DNA of 64,000 bases from Macrostomum hystrix (Eukaryota > Animalia > Platyhelminthes): positions 992,001 through 1,056,000 of the forward strand of contig CATNEN010000009.1 of NCBI GenBank assembly GCA_950097015.1, in the 5' to 3' direction. Below, one piece after another: positions 12,817-24,200 of the stretch. Position 1 is the stretch's first letter; every line of letters starts with the position of its first letter. The translations under genes were made by a program, and so were the position numbers. Below the pieces are notes generated by a model. It was not told where the DNA came from. It made no database searches and saw only the letters and a list, made by a program, of their open reading frames with translations.

Positions 12817-13403
12817 GACCCCCCTTAGCAATCCCGATTTCTAAGTCTTATTCTACTAGCTCTTGAGACAATCGTATATGATTCAGGGAAAATAGCTGCG
12901 TTTACCTTGAGTTCTTTAATCCGAGCGTGAAAGCTCCACAAATTTCATGGCGAGGTAGAAACGCAAATGCAAGCAGACTTCTGATCGTTCTATTGTCTGA
13001 ATTTAAGGCGCCAATTCTTGCTGAATTGAACTTTGTTCTCAGCTCTCAGTGCACTCTGTGGCAATTAACCAGAGATGTTTGCTCTGCCGTTTGTGTGTGG
13101 CTCATGTTTTGCTGGTGAAAGAGAGCTTGGCATCGAGCAATGTAAAAACAGCTTGCCACTTTGTCTTACAAGCCACGGATCAGCTGTGAAATGCAGAAAC
13201 CCGCTAACATCACTTTCCGACAGCCTGCAGAATCGATGGACCTTTCTACTCGTTAAATGGACAAACTGGCTTCTATGAAACTCCAAAACTCCAATGGACA
13301 AAATGGCTCCATTGTGTCTTTTGTTCCTCGCAAGGTTGGCTTTTAGCTGAACTAGCTCGTACAGTTTTAAGAAGTCAGATTTTTTAAACATCTATCAGAG
13401 CTC

Positions 13404-14834
13404 ATGTATCTGCTCCTGTGCTTGACAGTGCTGCTGCTGCAGATTGCTGGTTGCAGCAGCAGCAACATGCAGTTTGTGACGGTGGCTCTGTGTCCCAATG
13501 CCACCAGACTGCCTGATCGAGTCGAGAAGTCGAGGCTGCTCTGCGGCGCCGCTTGCGCCCGCAACCTGGACTGCGACCTGTTCCACTTCAACAGCGCAGC
13601 CAGCCTGTGCTACCTGGGTAACTCCAGCTGTGGCCTGGCTCTGTGGGCAGGAGGGCCCTGTGTTTCCTACAAGCCAGGTGAGTGTTTATCTTCAATACCT
13701 GAATTTTATCAGTTCAGACCAATGGGTTTGAGTGGCGGATCGCCGACGAGTTTGACTCTGGCGTTAAAGTCACAGCTCGAGTCCGCAGCCTGATGGTCGC
13801 ATTAATTTTGGGCGCAGCCGCGAAGAGAAGACTTGGGGGCTTGTCGAGCAATTTTCGCCGGTGAGGCCAATCCCATTCATAGTGATCATTGTATGCAATG
13901 CCTGATTATGAAATAGCTCCGAGCAGATGAGCACCTGTGTGTAAGTGTTATTTTTGTCATGCTGGGAGGATCAATCAATTTAATAATTAATTAAAATGTA
14001 CAGTCCGCCATGTCAGCTTCCTTCTGCATTCTTTTTTGGCGTTGCAGCGCGAGCCGCTGCGCCTCAGGCGGTAGCGGAACCCATTGCAGGCCAGCTGGAC
14101 CTGAAACTGCTGTACAGATTCGCCAGCCACGGCCTGTTGAATGTCGCTGACCCATCGACTTTCCAACTCCGCGGCGGCACGGTCACTGTTGACGGCGATG
14201 GCGCAAACTTCGTGAGTAGCTCGGACTCCTACCTGATGACGGAAACCGCAGGCTTTGAGAACCTGGTCAACAAGGGCAACAACTTCTCATTGTTTGTCCG
14301 GGCCAGGCATCCGATGAACATTGTGTGAGTAAAGAATTGAGCCCAGACCGATGATATCAATGTCCTCAAAGGATGTCTGCAACTGGCAGAGCACCTTCAA
14401 CCCGCAGTCCGACTTACGCGGCGTTCTACGGGTGCAGCGGCAGCGACGTGGCGCACGATTTCTTTTCGGAAGGCGGCGCCGTGTGGCACCAGGTCTTCTG
14501 GCCGGCCGACGCAAAGAGTTACTCCGCCAAGTCGGGCACCGTTTTTGTGAGCAGCACCGCCGTCTCTCTGGTCTCCATGGGTGTCACCTACAATGCGGAT
14601 CATCACAGTACTTTCTTCTTCAACGGCAGCGAATACCTGGCAGTTTTAGACCAAACCAAGGCCGAGAAGAACCTGCAGAACTCGCTCTTTCAGTGCCTGA
14701 TGCTTGGCGGCTTCCCCGGCTACAAGCAATACTCCGTGCGGGGCAGCATCTCCTGCTTTGCCCTGAGCACTCGACTGCTCACTCAGGCTGAGTTCATCCA
14801 GCTGGACCACTGGTGCGGGCAGAAGTGCCAGTGA
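13404..14834 (+). CDS. Secreted PAN/Apple-like + LamG-like protein, copy 2 (3 exons)
   Basis: Exons 13404-13677, 14048-14324 and 14408-14834, with the same intron positions and phases as copy 1. Confidence 0.85.
13805..13945 (+). mobile_element. SINE body fragment in intron 1 of PAN-LamG copy 2
   Basis: TTTTGGGCGCAGCCGCGAAGAGAAGACTTGGGGGCTTGTCG...GAGCAGATGAGCACCTGTGTG matches the middle of the 51371 element. Confidence 0.75.
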
Positions 14835-15164
14835 GCGTAGCGGGTTCGCGCTTTGAGCATCGACCCGCGCCAAACATGAAACAAACCGAAATCCACGAAA
14901 TCCATGCCGCAATAGCAGTGCCCTGCTCCGGATTTATGAACCTGAACACGGACCTCTTCTCCAAATAGTTATCTGCTACATCAGTTTCATTATCCTCCTA
15001 TCTAAATAAACCAATAAACTCAGCAACAATCAAAATCCTCACCCTAGCAACCACACAAAAGCGTGTCCCGAATTCTTTTGCTCTGGATGAAATTCTGAGG
15101 CCGCTGCTTCCATGCAATAGTCATCGCTTGACATTGTCATCGTTCAGATCATACGGTCATCATT

Positions 15165-15408
15165 TCGTAGCTCATCGTTGAGATCATAAGGTCATGAGGT
15201 CGTAGCTCATCGTTGAGATCATAAGGTCGTAGCTCATCGTTGAGATCATAAAGTCATGAGGTCGTAGCTCATCGTTGAGATCATAAGGTCATGAGGTCGT
15301 AGCTCATCGTTGAGATCATAAGGTCATGAGGTCGTAGCTCATCGTTGAGATCATAAAGTCATGAGGTCGTATAGCTCATCGTTGAGATCAAAGGGTCATG
15401 AGGTCGGG
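15165..15408. repeat. 35-bp minisatellite, ~7 copies
   Basis: Unit GTCGTAGCTCATCGTTGAGATCATAAGGTCATGAG. Confidence 0.95.
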
Positions 15409-16204
15409 AGCCTATGTCGTAGCTTGCAGTCTCGCCATGTGAAGCTGATGGCGTGAGTGTCAAGTAATAATTGTAAATTCATGGAATGTCCTCTTCACAG
15501 CTGAAGCAATCGCTCTGCCAATGCTCTGAACATGATTGCATCAGACATGAATACTCACCACGGGTAGCGGCCTCACTGATTTTAGTAGTATCAAGTGCAT
15601 TTTAAACAGAACAAAATATGTTGTAGTTTATCGGTACCATCGGCAGTTCGCCGACGCGGTAGTAGGGGTTCGGGTACGGACCGCCCAAAGCTTGCCGGGG
15701 GAGGAGGGATGGGAAGCAGCGACCCTCGAGGCGTTCCGACACTCCGAGGAGAGACGGGATGGGCTTGGAGCGAACAGACACTCGCTAAGCCCGGCACAGA
15801 AGGATTCGTGAAGGCTTTGACTGCGAGCGGGTAGCCACTCGACAGCCCCAGAGAGAGGTGGATGACGGTCTGGAGGAGTGCCGACGCTTCGCAGACTCGA
15901 GGGAAGACTCTGGAGGAGAAGGATGATGATGATGAGCTTTTGGCAGCAGCAGAGTTCGGGCAGAGGAACAAGGTTTGAGCACGGACAAATAAATAACTCG
16001 TTAATGCTTTTCTGACCGAGAGGGATCGAACGCTGCACTCATGGCAATTAGTGTAGCTCAGGCTGCGTAGTTTATTATTGTATGGATTGTTCGCTTCTAA
16101 CTCAGGGCAGCGTTCTCGCAATAGTACTCGGGCGGCGCGGGGGCTGGCCACGGGCAGCGCGCGCTAATAAATAACAGCGTGGGGTGGGGCGAGGGCATAG
16201 GGCT

Positions 16205-16440
16205 GGACGGGGTAGGGCTAAGCCACGCAGGGCTGGGGTGGGGGCAAACACACAAGGCTGAGAGCCGAAAGAGAAAGAAGGAGGCCGGCTAGCCAATCAG
16301 AAGTCTCCTTGGCGATAGGCCTGATTGGACTAGCGTGCGACAAACGATAAAGGAGGGTGGCCTAAGCCGGGGCCGGGCAGAACTGGATTGAGCAGGTGGC
16401 CGGGCTGGAAGGGTTAGAGACGCAGGGGTCGGAGCAAGGT
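16205..16440 (-). repeat. Dispersed repeat of unknown class, also present at ~23485-23615 (+)
   Basis: The reverse complement contains ACCCCAGCCCTGCGTGGCTT and TCTCTAACCCTTC, both found again in the NRBP intron at ~23500-23610. Termini not resolved. Confidence 0.5.
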
Positions 16441-16913
16441 CATTGTGAGACGCAGCTCACAACAAATAGGACTGTACGCACTAGAACATACGAAGTAGAA
16501 AAAAAATGAGCATCAGACTGGCTGTTTACCGAAGCGTCTATTAAAACATTTCACAGACAGCCCTAAATAGTTCACAAAAAGTACACAAAGCCAAGCACAG
16601 AGCACTGACTGCATAGGCTAGCCCGCAGCTGGAGCTGTTGAATCTTTGTCAATCTGATGCTTGTTTATTAGCCCTATTCTCTTTGAACTGTCATGCCAGC
16701 TGCTGCTGATGAGAACAAAGCGCGTCAAAGCCAGCCGCGCCAAACAAATCGAATGCAGCTGCGGCCTTCCGCGCCCTTGAATTCGCAATTAGGCAAAACT
16801 GACTTAAACTTTGAGACTTCTCAAATGTGAAACACGTGATTGGCTGAGGCGGTTTCAGACGGCATAAATATGCGGCCTCGCCTCGCCACCGCCGCCTTGC
16901 GACTCTCGCAGCA

Positions 16914-18263
16914 ATGAGCCTCCCGCATTACCGCCTGCTGCTGCTCGGTCCCGTGCTGCTGCAGCTGCTTTGCCAGATCGGCTGCGGGCTCTCCAGCAGC
17001 ATCGCGCAGTTCGAGGCGACGTCTCTGTGCCCGAACGGCTCCGGCCCGACCAGCCGGGCTCTGAAATCCAACTGGCACTGCGCGGCTGCGTGCTCTCGCC
17101 TCCCGGACTGCGACCTGTTCCACTTCAGCCAGCCAGCCGGCCTCTGCTACGTGGGCAACTCAAGCTGTGCGGGACCGGCGCTCTGGACTCCCGGACCCTG
17201 CGCTGCCTTCAGAGCTGGTAATGCTTGAGCTGCATGGCCCACTGGGCTTGCACTTTTTTTAATCCGCTCAACTGACCTCCTCTGGCTTCTCCGCAGTTCG
17301 CCGCTCCCTGGAAGCCCTAGCGGGCCAGCTGGCCCTGAAGCTGCTGTACCGGTTCGCCTCCAACGGCCTGGCGAACTTGGCCGACCCCTCCAAGTTCTGC
17401 CTGAGTGGCGGCAACGTGAGCATCGGTGCTCAGGGTGCTCACTTTGTGAGGAGCACGGACTCCTACCTGACCGCCGCGACTCCGGGCTTCGATAAGGTGG
17501 TCAACAAGGGCAACCAGTTCTCTATCTTCGTCCAAGTCAAGCATCCACTGAATATTGTGTAAGCATAGCTGAACTCACATTGCCAGCGATCTTGAACCAG
17601 CAGCCATCGCTGACTCCTAAGCACGCTCGCACACAGATACCGTTAGCAGGAACACATACAAACTTTGGTGCACATCTGACTTTGTCATCGTCAGGCAGTG
17701 TACTGTACACTCTCTGTTTGCCTGACAAGCCCCAAGCTGTCTCCGCGGCTTCGGCCCAAAATGATGTGGCCTTTTGAGCCGCAGAATCGAACTAAGGAAA
17801 CTCGGCAAACGCGTTAACCGCTCTGCCCCTTACCCCCTACAGCCCGACATACGCCATATTTAAAGACTGCGGCAGCCTGGACGTGGCGCACGACTTCTAC
17901 ACGGAGAACGGCAGCATTTTCCACCAGCTCTACTCGCCGGCCGATGGCATGTCGCTCCGCGCCAAGTCGCCCTCCGTGTTCACCAGCAGCAGCGCCGCCT
18001 CGCTGATGTCCATCGGGATGACCTACAATGTGGACCACCACGCGAACTTCTTCTTCAACGGAAGCCTGTACCCGGCGATTCTGGACAAGAACGAGACCAG
18101 GAGCGGCCTGCAGAACTCCTTCTTCCAGTGCTTATATATGGGCGGCTACCCTGGCGAAGCGCAGTACTCAGTCCACGGCAATTTCTCCTGCTACGCTCTG
18201 AGCACTCGGCTGCTCACTCTAGCCGAGTTCAAGGAGCTGGACAGCTGGTGCAGCGGTGGCTGA
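16914..18263 (+). CDS. Secreted PAN/Apple-like + LamG-like protein, copy 3 (3 exons)
   Basis: Exons 16914-17217, 17297-17558 and 17843-18263, with the same structure as copies 1 and 2. The PAN exon is clearly divergent from theirs. GATTGG and CATAAATA elements lie at ~16838-16870 upstream. Confidence 0.85.
17582..17828 (-). mobile_element. Antisense SINE copy filling most of intron 2 of PAN-LamG copy 3
   Basis: The reverse complement has the GGGCAGAGCGGTTAACGCGTTTGCC head, a GTTCGATTC B box and body segments (GACAAGCCCCAAGC, CGCTGACTCCTAAGCAC) homologous to 51371-51728. Confidence 0.8.
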
Positions 18264-18489
18264 TCCGGGGCACTAAATATGAGTAGCTCTTGATCGTCTG
18301 AGCCCAGACATTCGATAAATACTTGCACGCTTTATAACCGAATATGGGAAAGAGGGGTTTTAACAACGCGAGATTTATATAAATCGTTTGAAAAGTAAAA
18401 TAACAGAAATTCGCTATCGCCACCTTCCTTGACAAATTATCAAAGCTCGCTTCGAAGGCAGAAAATATATCATCTATTTGATCCTCTAA

Positions 18490-19621
18490 GATGCTTATCT
18501 TGTAAGCAATCATCCCCACAGATGCTTATCTTGTAGGCAATCATCCCCACAGATGCTTATCTTGTAAGCAATCATTCCCACAGATGCTTATCTTGTAAAC
18601 AATCATCCCCACAGATGCTTATCTTTTAGGCAATCATCCCCACAGATACTTATCTTGTACGCAATCATTCCCACAGATGCTTATCTTGTAGGCAATCATC
18701 CCCACAGATGCTTATCTTGTAGACAATCATCCCCACAGATGCTTATCTTGTAGACAATCATCCCCACAGATGCTTATCTTGTAGGCAATCATTCCCACGG
18801 ATGCTTATCTTGTAGGCAATCATCCCCACAGATGCTTATCTTGTAGGCAACCATCCCCACAGATGCTTATCTTGTAGACAATCATCCCCACAGATGCTTA
18901 TCTTGTAGCCAATCATACCCACAGATACTTATCTTGTACGCAATCATCCCCACAGATGCTTATCTTGTAGACAATCATCCCCACAGATGCTTATCTTGTA
19001 GACAGTCATCCCCACAGATGCTTATCTCGTAGACAATCATCCCCACAGATGCTTATCTCGTAGACAATCATCCCCACAGATGCTTATCTTGTAGACAATC
19101 ATCCCCACAGATGCTTATCTCGTAGACAATCATCCCCACAGATGCTTATCTTGTAGACAGTCATCCCCACAGATGCTTATCTCGTAGACAATCATCCCCA
19201 CAGATGCTAATCTCGTAGACAATCATCCCCACAGATGCTTATCTTGTAGACAGTCATCCCCACAGATGCTTATCTCGTAGACAATCATCCCCACAGATGC
19301 TTATCTTGTAGGCAATCATCCCCACAGATGCTTATCTTGTAGGCAATCATTCCCACGGATGCTTATCTTGTAGGCAATCATTCCCACGGATGCTTATCTT
19401 GTAGGCAATCATCCCCACAGATGCTTATCTTGTAGGCAACCATCCCCACAGATGCTTATCTTGTAGACAATCATCCCCACAGATGCTTATCTTGTACGCA
19501 ATCATCCCCACAGATGCTTATCTTGTAGACAATCATCCCCACAGGCGCTTATCTTGTAGGCAATCATCCCCACAGATGCTTATCTTGTAGGCAATCATCC
19601 CCACAGGCGCTTATCTTGTAG
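18490..19621. repeat. 31-bp minisatellite, ~36 copies
   Basis: Unit GATGCTTATCTTGTAGGCAATCATCCCCACA with point variants. Confidence 0.97.
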
Positions 19622-21043
19622 GTGATAATCCCGTTGTCTTATAGCAAGCATCCTATTAAATGGTTTCATTGCATGTGTTGGAATTTGATGCCGTATTGGC
19701 CGTGTTTTTCGAGGTCCATTTGCTCTGGTCAATCAGTTCTGGTCGAGTTTTCCTCATTCGGTACGCTTCCTAGATCCTCCAATCTAATATTTGAACGCAG
19801 CAAACAGAATGCTATTTTATCTCCACATTCAGCTGCTCATCGGCAATGTTTGGTGAGCTGAAAGTCCCTCTGTAAATAGGCAATCTGCAATGCTTTCCAC
19901 CTGCAGCTCACACAGATACTGTCAACAGCGGATCCCTTGGCTGTAGGCCAATTTATTGTTTGCTGTTAGTTTTAGAACGAAAAATCTGTAAAAAAGTACA
20001 ATTCAACATAGTAATTTCTTCGGCGCTGACTTGGCAGTGTATCTCGCATGCGTTTCCACAACTCCATGCAGACAGTGTCACTTAGGGATGTCTGCAAGAC
20101 AAGTTCAAGTGAGAGCTCCACAATGGCATTGGCACACCATGCAATGGCATGCCTGTTGACAGAAAATTGGCCTCAGAGGCTCAGACACAACTAATTAACT
20201 GATCCCAGGTGATTCCACAGTTTTTGCATTCTGCATGGTTAAGAGCTACCAAGAGCGGTGACATAAGCTTTCCTGATGAATACAAGCTTCTTAGCTGGCT
20301 TTGCTTTCTTAGAATTAGAGATTCGAACTCTCGAAGCCATGACAACTGAGCTACAAGGACCGTAAAATAAAATCCGCATAATCCATGAAAAGTCGCCACC
20401 AGAGGAGGGCTGGTTATTTGGAATTCGGCTGAAATAGGAAACAGGAAACTTTGGATAGTCAAGGCCACCGCGGTTGCTACGCAACGGAAATTTATTTGAG
20501 ACGCCAAATTCAGGACTGGCGAGGTTTAAAAACACCAACGCACGCGCGAACCAACAGTAAAATTGCACCGAGGCCAGTGCGGCAAGCATGAGCAGCCTGG
20601 ACTCACTGCCCTGGGATAAAAACTGAGCTGAGAGATTATCAAGGACCACAGGAGCCTGCAGTCCCACTTCAAGCAGGGCGAGGGTAGAAATGCAATCGGG
20701 CCACCGAGAACACGGCCGTGGCAACAAGCTGGCCAATGGGAACAGTTTGAGATTAGCAGCTACGGGAGCAGCGATATGGACAACAATGCAGTGAATTTAT
20801 CTGGGCAAAGCAGAGAATTCATTAATCTGAAACCTACTACTTATTGGAAAAACGAATAGTAGGCATGTAAGCTCAAAGCCACTTAAACTCGTTCAATTTT
20901 TAAACTCGACAGTGCACAAACGAAGCTCAGGAAAATCAAAAGCGCCGCCAAATCACGCGAGAATTCTGAGGCTCTTCTAGGAGATATGAGAATCAGAAAT
21001 GTGTGGAGAAAGGAAAGACTTTCAGCATACAGCGAAACAGCGT

Positions 21044-21266
21044 GATCAGTTTGGTCACGTGACCAGGAGCTGACGGAGCAGGGATCAGTTTGGTCACGTG
21101 ACCAGGAACTGACGGAGCAGGGATCAGTTTGGTCACGTGACCAGGAACTGACGGAGCAGAGATCAGTTGGTCACGTGACCAGGAGCTGACGGAGCAGGAT
21201 CAGTTTGGTCACGTGACCAGGAGCTGACTGAGCAGAGATCAGTTTGGTCACGTGACCAGGAGCTGA
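21044..21266. repeat. 39-bp tandem array, 6 copies, each with the palindrome TGGTCACGTGACCA
   Basis: Unit GATCAGTTTGGTCACGTGACCAGGAGCTGACGGAGCAGG. The array begins just past the NRBP-like stop codon. Confidence 0.95.
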
Positions 21267-21277
21267 TGGGGCCGGGA

Positions 21278-24200
21278 TCAGAAGGAGTTGTGCTTCCTGT
21301 GGCCGTAGAACTGCTGCCAGCCGGCGCAGCTGGAGTTTCTCCTCTGGCGCCGTTTCCGCTCCTCCATGTATCGCGAGATCCAGCAGCGCGAGGTCACGCT
21401 GGTCCGGTGCTGCCCGCCTGACCGTCTGGCTGCAGCTCGGCCGACCCCGGCCGTGTCGCCGGACACCGCGGCGGAAGCGGAAGCGGCCGGATCCTCGCCG
21501 TCGCTGGCGTAGTCCTCGGGAAACTCGGTGCAGGGCGGCAGCTCCAGGACGCGGCCGGTGCGCTTGTCGCGCAGGCATCGGCAGGGACGCCGGCCGCGGA
21601 AGCGGCACTCGTAGCGAATGTCCTCCTGAGTGACCGGCTCCAGCGGGTAGCCGAAGCGGACCTTGCAGTGCGGGGGCGGTGAAGGCGATTGGCTGCTCTG
21701 CTCAACCTGGATCCCACCCAAGTGCTCACACTCACCTGCAGGAAGTAGGGATATGGGATCCGGTTCTGCGAGTGCATCCACCACAGAGTGAAGGCGTCGA
21801 TGCCGGACTCCTTGGCCAGTTGCTCTCGGCAGTGGTAGCACCGGGCAGTCAGGTAGGTGGGCAGGTCCGACCGGTTCAGGTAGTCGCATCTGAGCAATTT
21901 CGGTGAGGAAACTTTTGCGAGGATAAAGGAAAGGGTTAAAACTTATAACGAAGTTCAAGTGGGATTATTGAGGATTCTAACCAGTCTGGGGAGCATTGAG
22001 GATTCTAATTAATCTGGGGATTATTGAGGATTCTAACTACTCAACTCAGCAGCTCAAGCTGGGAGAATTGCATACCTGTCGTGCCAGCGGCACTCTCTAT
22101 AAGAGCGGCAAGTGGGTCCGCAGCCCCAGAACAGTTCGCTGGGTGGCGCCTCCACGGGCACTAGGACGCAGTCCGCATCGTCGTGGTCGGGCTGTCGCGG
22201 GCCGGCGCAGATCCTCTCGTAGGTGCAGTCGCGCAGCCGCTGCCGATCCTCGGCCTCCTGGCGCTGCTTGGCAACCGCTTCCAGCTTTCTGGACAGCAGC
22301 TCGCAGTCCAGCTGGTGGGACAGCAGGTTCTGCGGCGGCTGCTGCTGCTGCTGCTGTCCCACAGCAGGAGCGGGCGCGGCAGTGGGCGGCGGCGAGTTTC
22401 GATTGTTATTGCCGGAGCCGCTTCCGAGGCCGCCGTTGCCAGCGTTGTCACGACTGGCCTGGCGCGAGGTGCCCCGCTCACCGCTGCTCTGGGTATCCAG
22501 CTGCTGCTGCTGCTGCTGTTGCTGGGGACTGGGTGGCTGAGCCCAGCCCAGCTTGGCGCACAGCTCCTGGTAGTCGCGGACCCGACCGTTGATAGTCGGA
22601 TGGCCCAGGTAGGCAAAGGCAATGCGTCGCGCGAGGGCCTCCTCGTCCTGACTGCCGCAGACCTGGATAGGGAGGGGCAGCGGTCAGCCATCGGGCAGTA
22701 ATTGGACCACCCGCTGATTGCAACAGGTGTCCCCCCCAACACCTACCTGGTCCTCCACAAACTGCCTGGCGATGGCCCTGGGCTGGCAGTAGCGCTGCTC
22801 AGTCAGCTGCACATTGACATTGCGCAGGATGTGCCGCTCATCGAACCAGACCTTCAGGTGGCAGTTCCAGCGACCGAGGCCGATGTACTGGAGCTCGGTG
22901 TCCAGGAACTGCAGGCTTTCCTGCCTGTCCTGTGCGGGCGGCCCGTGCAGCCGCTCCAGCTCGCGCAGGTCCAGCAGCGCCCGCTTGCCGTCTTCGTCCT
23001 CCTCCTCGTCTTCCACCTCCTCGTCGATCAACTCGACGGCCGCAGCGACGACATTCGAAGCGGAGCCAGCAGAGACTTCAGCGACGGCAGCCACCGTCGG
23101 CTCGCCAGAGTCATTGACGGAGGCAGCGGCAGCGGGCGCTGAACCGGAAGTCGTCCCCGAGCTGTCGACAACGTCCGTGCCGCCATTGCCGCCTCCGGTG
23201 ACGCCTCCTGCAACGGCGATACCGCCGACTGCGTCTATACCACCGGCGCCAACGCCGTTGTTGCCGCTGACGATGCCAACTTCCTCCTTGGGAGCGATTA
23301 CAGCCGCTGCGGCGGACATCTGCGGTACGCGATGGTGACGGCGGCTTAAATAATTTTCACTTAATATATTCAATAGTACTCGCAGTAGAGTAAGCGAAAT
23401 CAAAACTTTGTTTGGAGGGTAGCGCAAGCAGAAGGCAGGACTTATTAATATTGTAGTGCCTGTATTCCTGAAGTGGTTTGGGCCAAGCCTTGGCCTCGCC
23501 CTCTCTAACCCTTCTGCCCCAGTCCCTGCTCTGTGTGCCCTGTGCCGCCACCTGATTGGCTGGGCGCAGGCGTCGTCTGTTATCTCTAACCCCAGCCCTG
23601 CGTGGCTTTGCCCACCCCCGCTAATCAGCTCTGCGCAGCTTTGCTTGTCGACCCGGCCAGCGCTGCCTAACTGCCTAACTGGAACACATCCCACAGGTAG
23701 CTGCCCTATTTTTGCTATTATCTGCCCGTGCCGGGGCACCTCTCGTGCGTTCCTGCGATCGCATTAGACCTTTGCGATTCGAGCCGCTAAACGTCCCAAT
23801 GCGCGAGCGTCCTAACGCCATCAGTGCCAGGCTGAGTGTCTTAACGCCTGACTGTGTAGTTATATTGACACAGCCCACCCACCCACCTGAGCTACGTCCT
23901 CCTCAGCCACGGAGCCCGGCCACGTGGAGCACCGATGCCCCATCAGGGCTTGCCCGCCGACCAACGCAGCGGAGGCCGGGGCGGCCGATTCCTCGACGCC
24001 GCCGCCAACGCCCGGACCGGCCAGGGAGATGCCGGGCCCGCCGCCGAGGCTCAGGAGTCCGTGGCCGGAGCTGCTCACCAGCACGCAGCCGCCGGAAGCC
24101 TCGAAGCCCCCGGCAATGCTGTCGATGCCGGGGCCGGCCTGGCAAGTGGCGCCGGGCAGCGCCGAGTAGTCGGCTGCGTCAGAGCAGCGGCAGTGGGCCG

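Noticed and set aside
15591-16151. 186-aa ORF in a GC-rich patch
   Set aside because: No recognisable motif or splice context; the neighbouring sequence is a dispersed repeat.
20181-20736. Overlapping 108- and 165-aa ORFs; a WIVK string suggesting a tubulin-tyrosine ligase fragment
   Set aside because: No codon bias, multiple stops in the motif-bearing frame, and a 4-residue match is not evidence.
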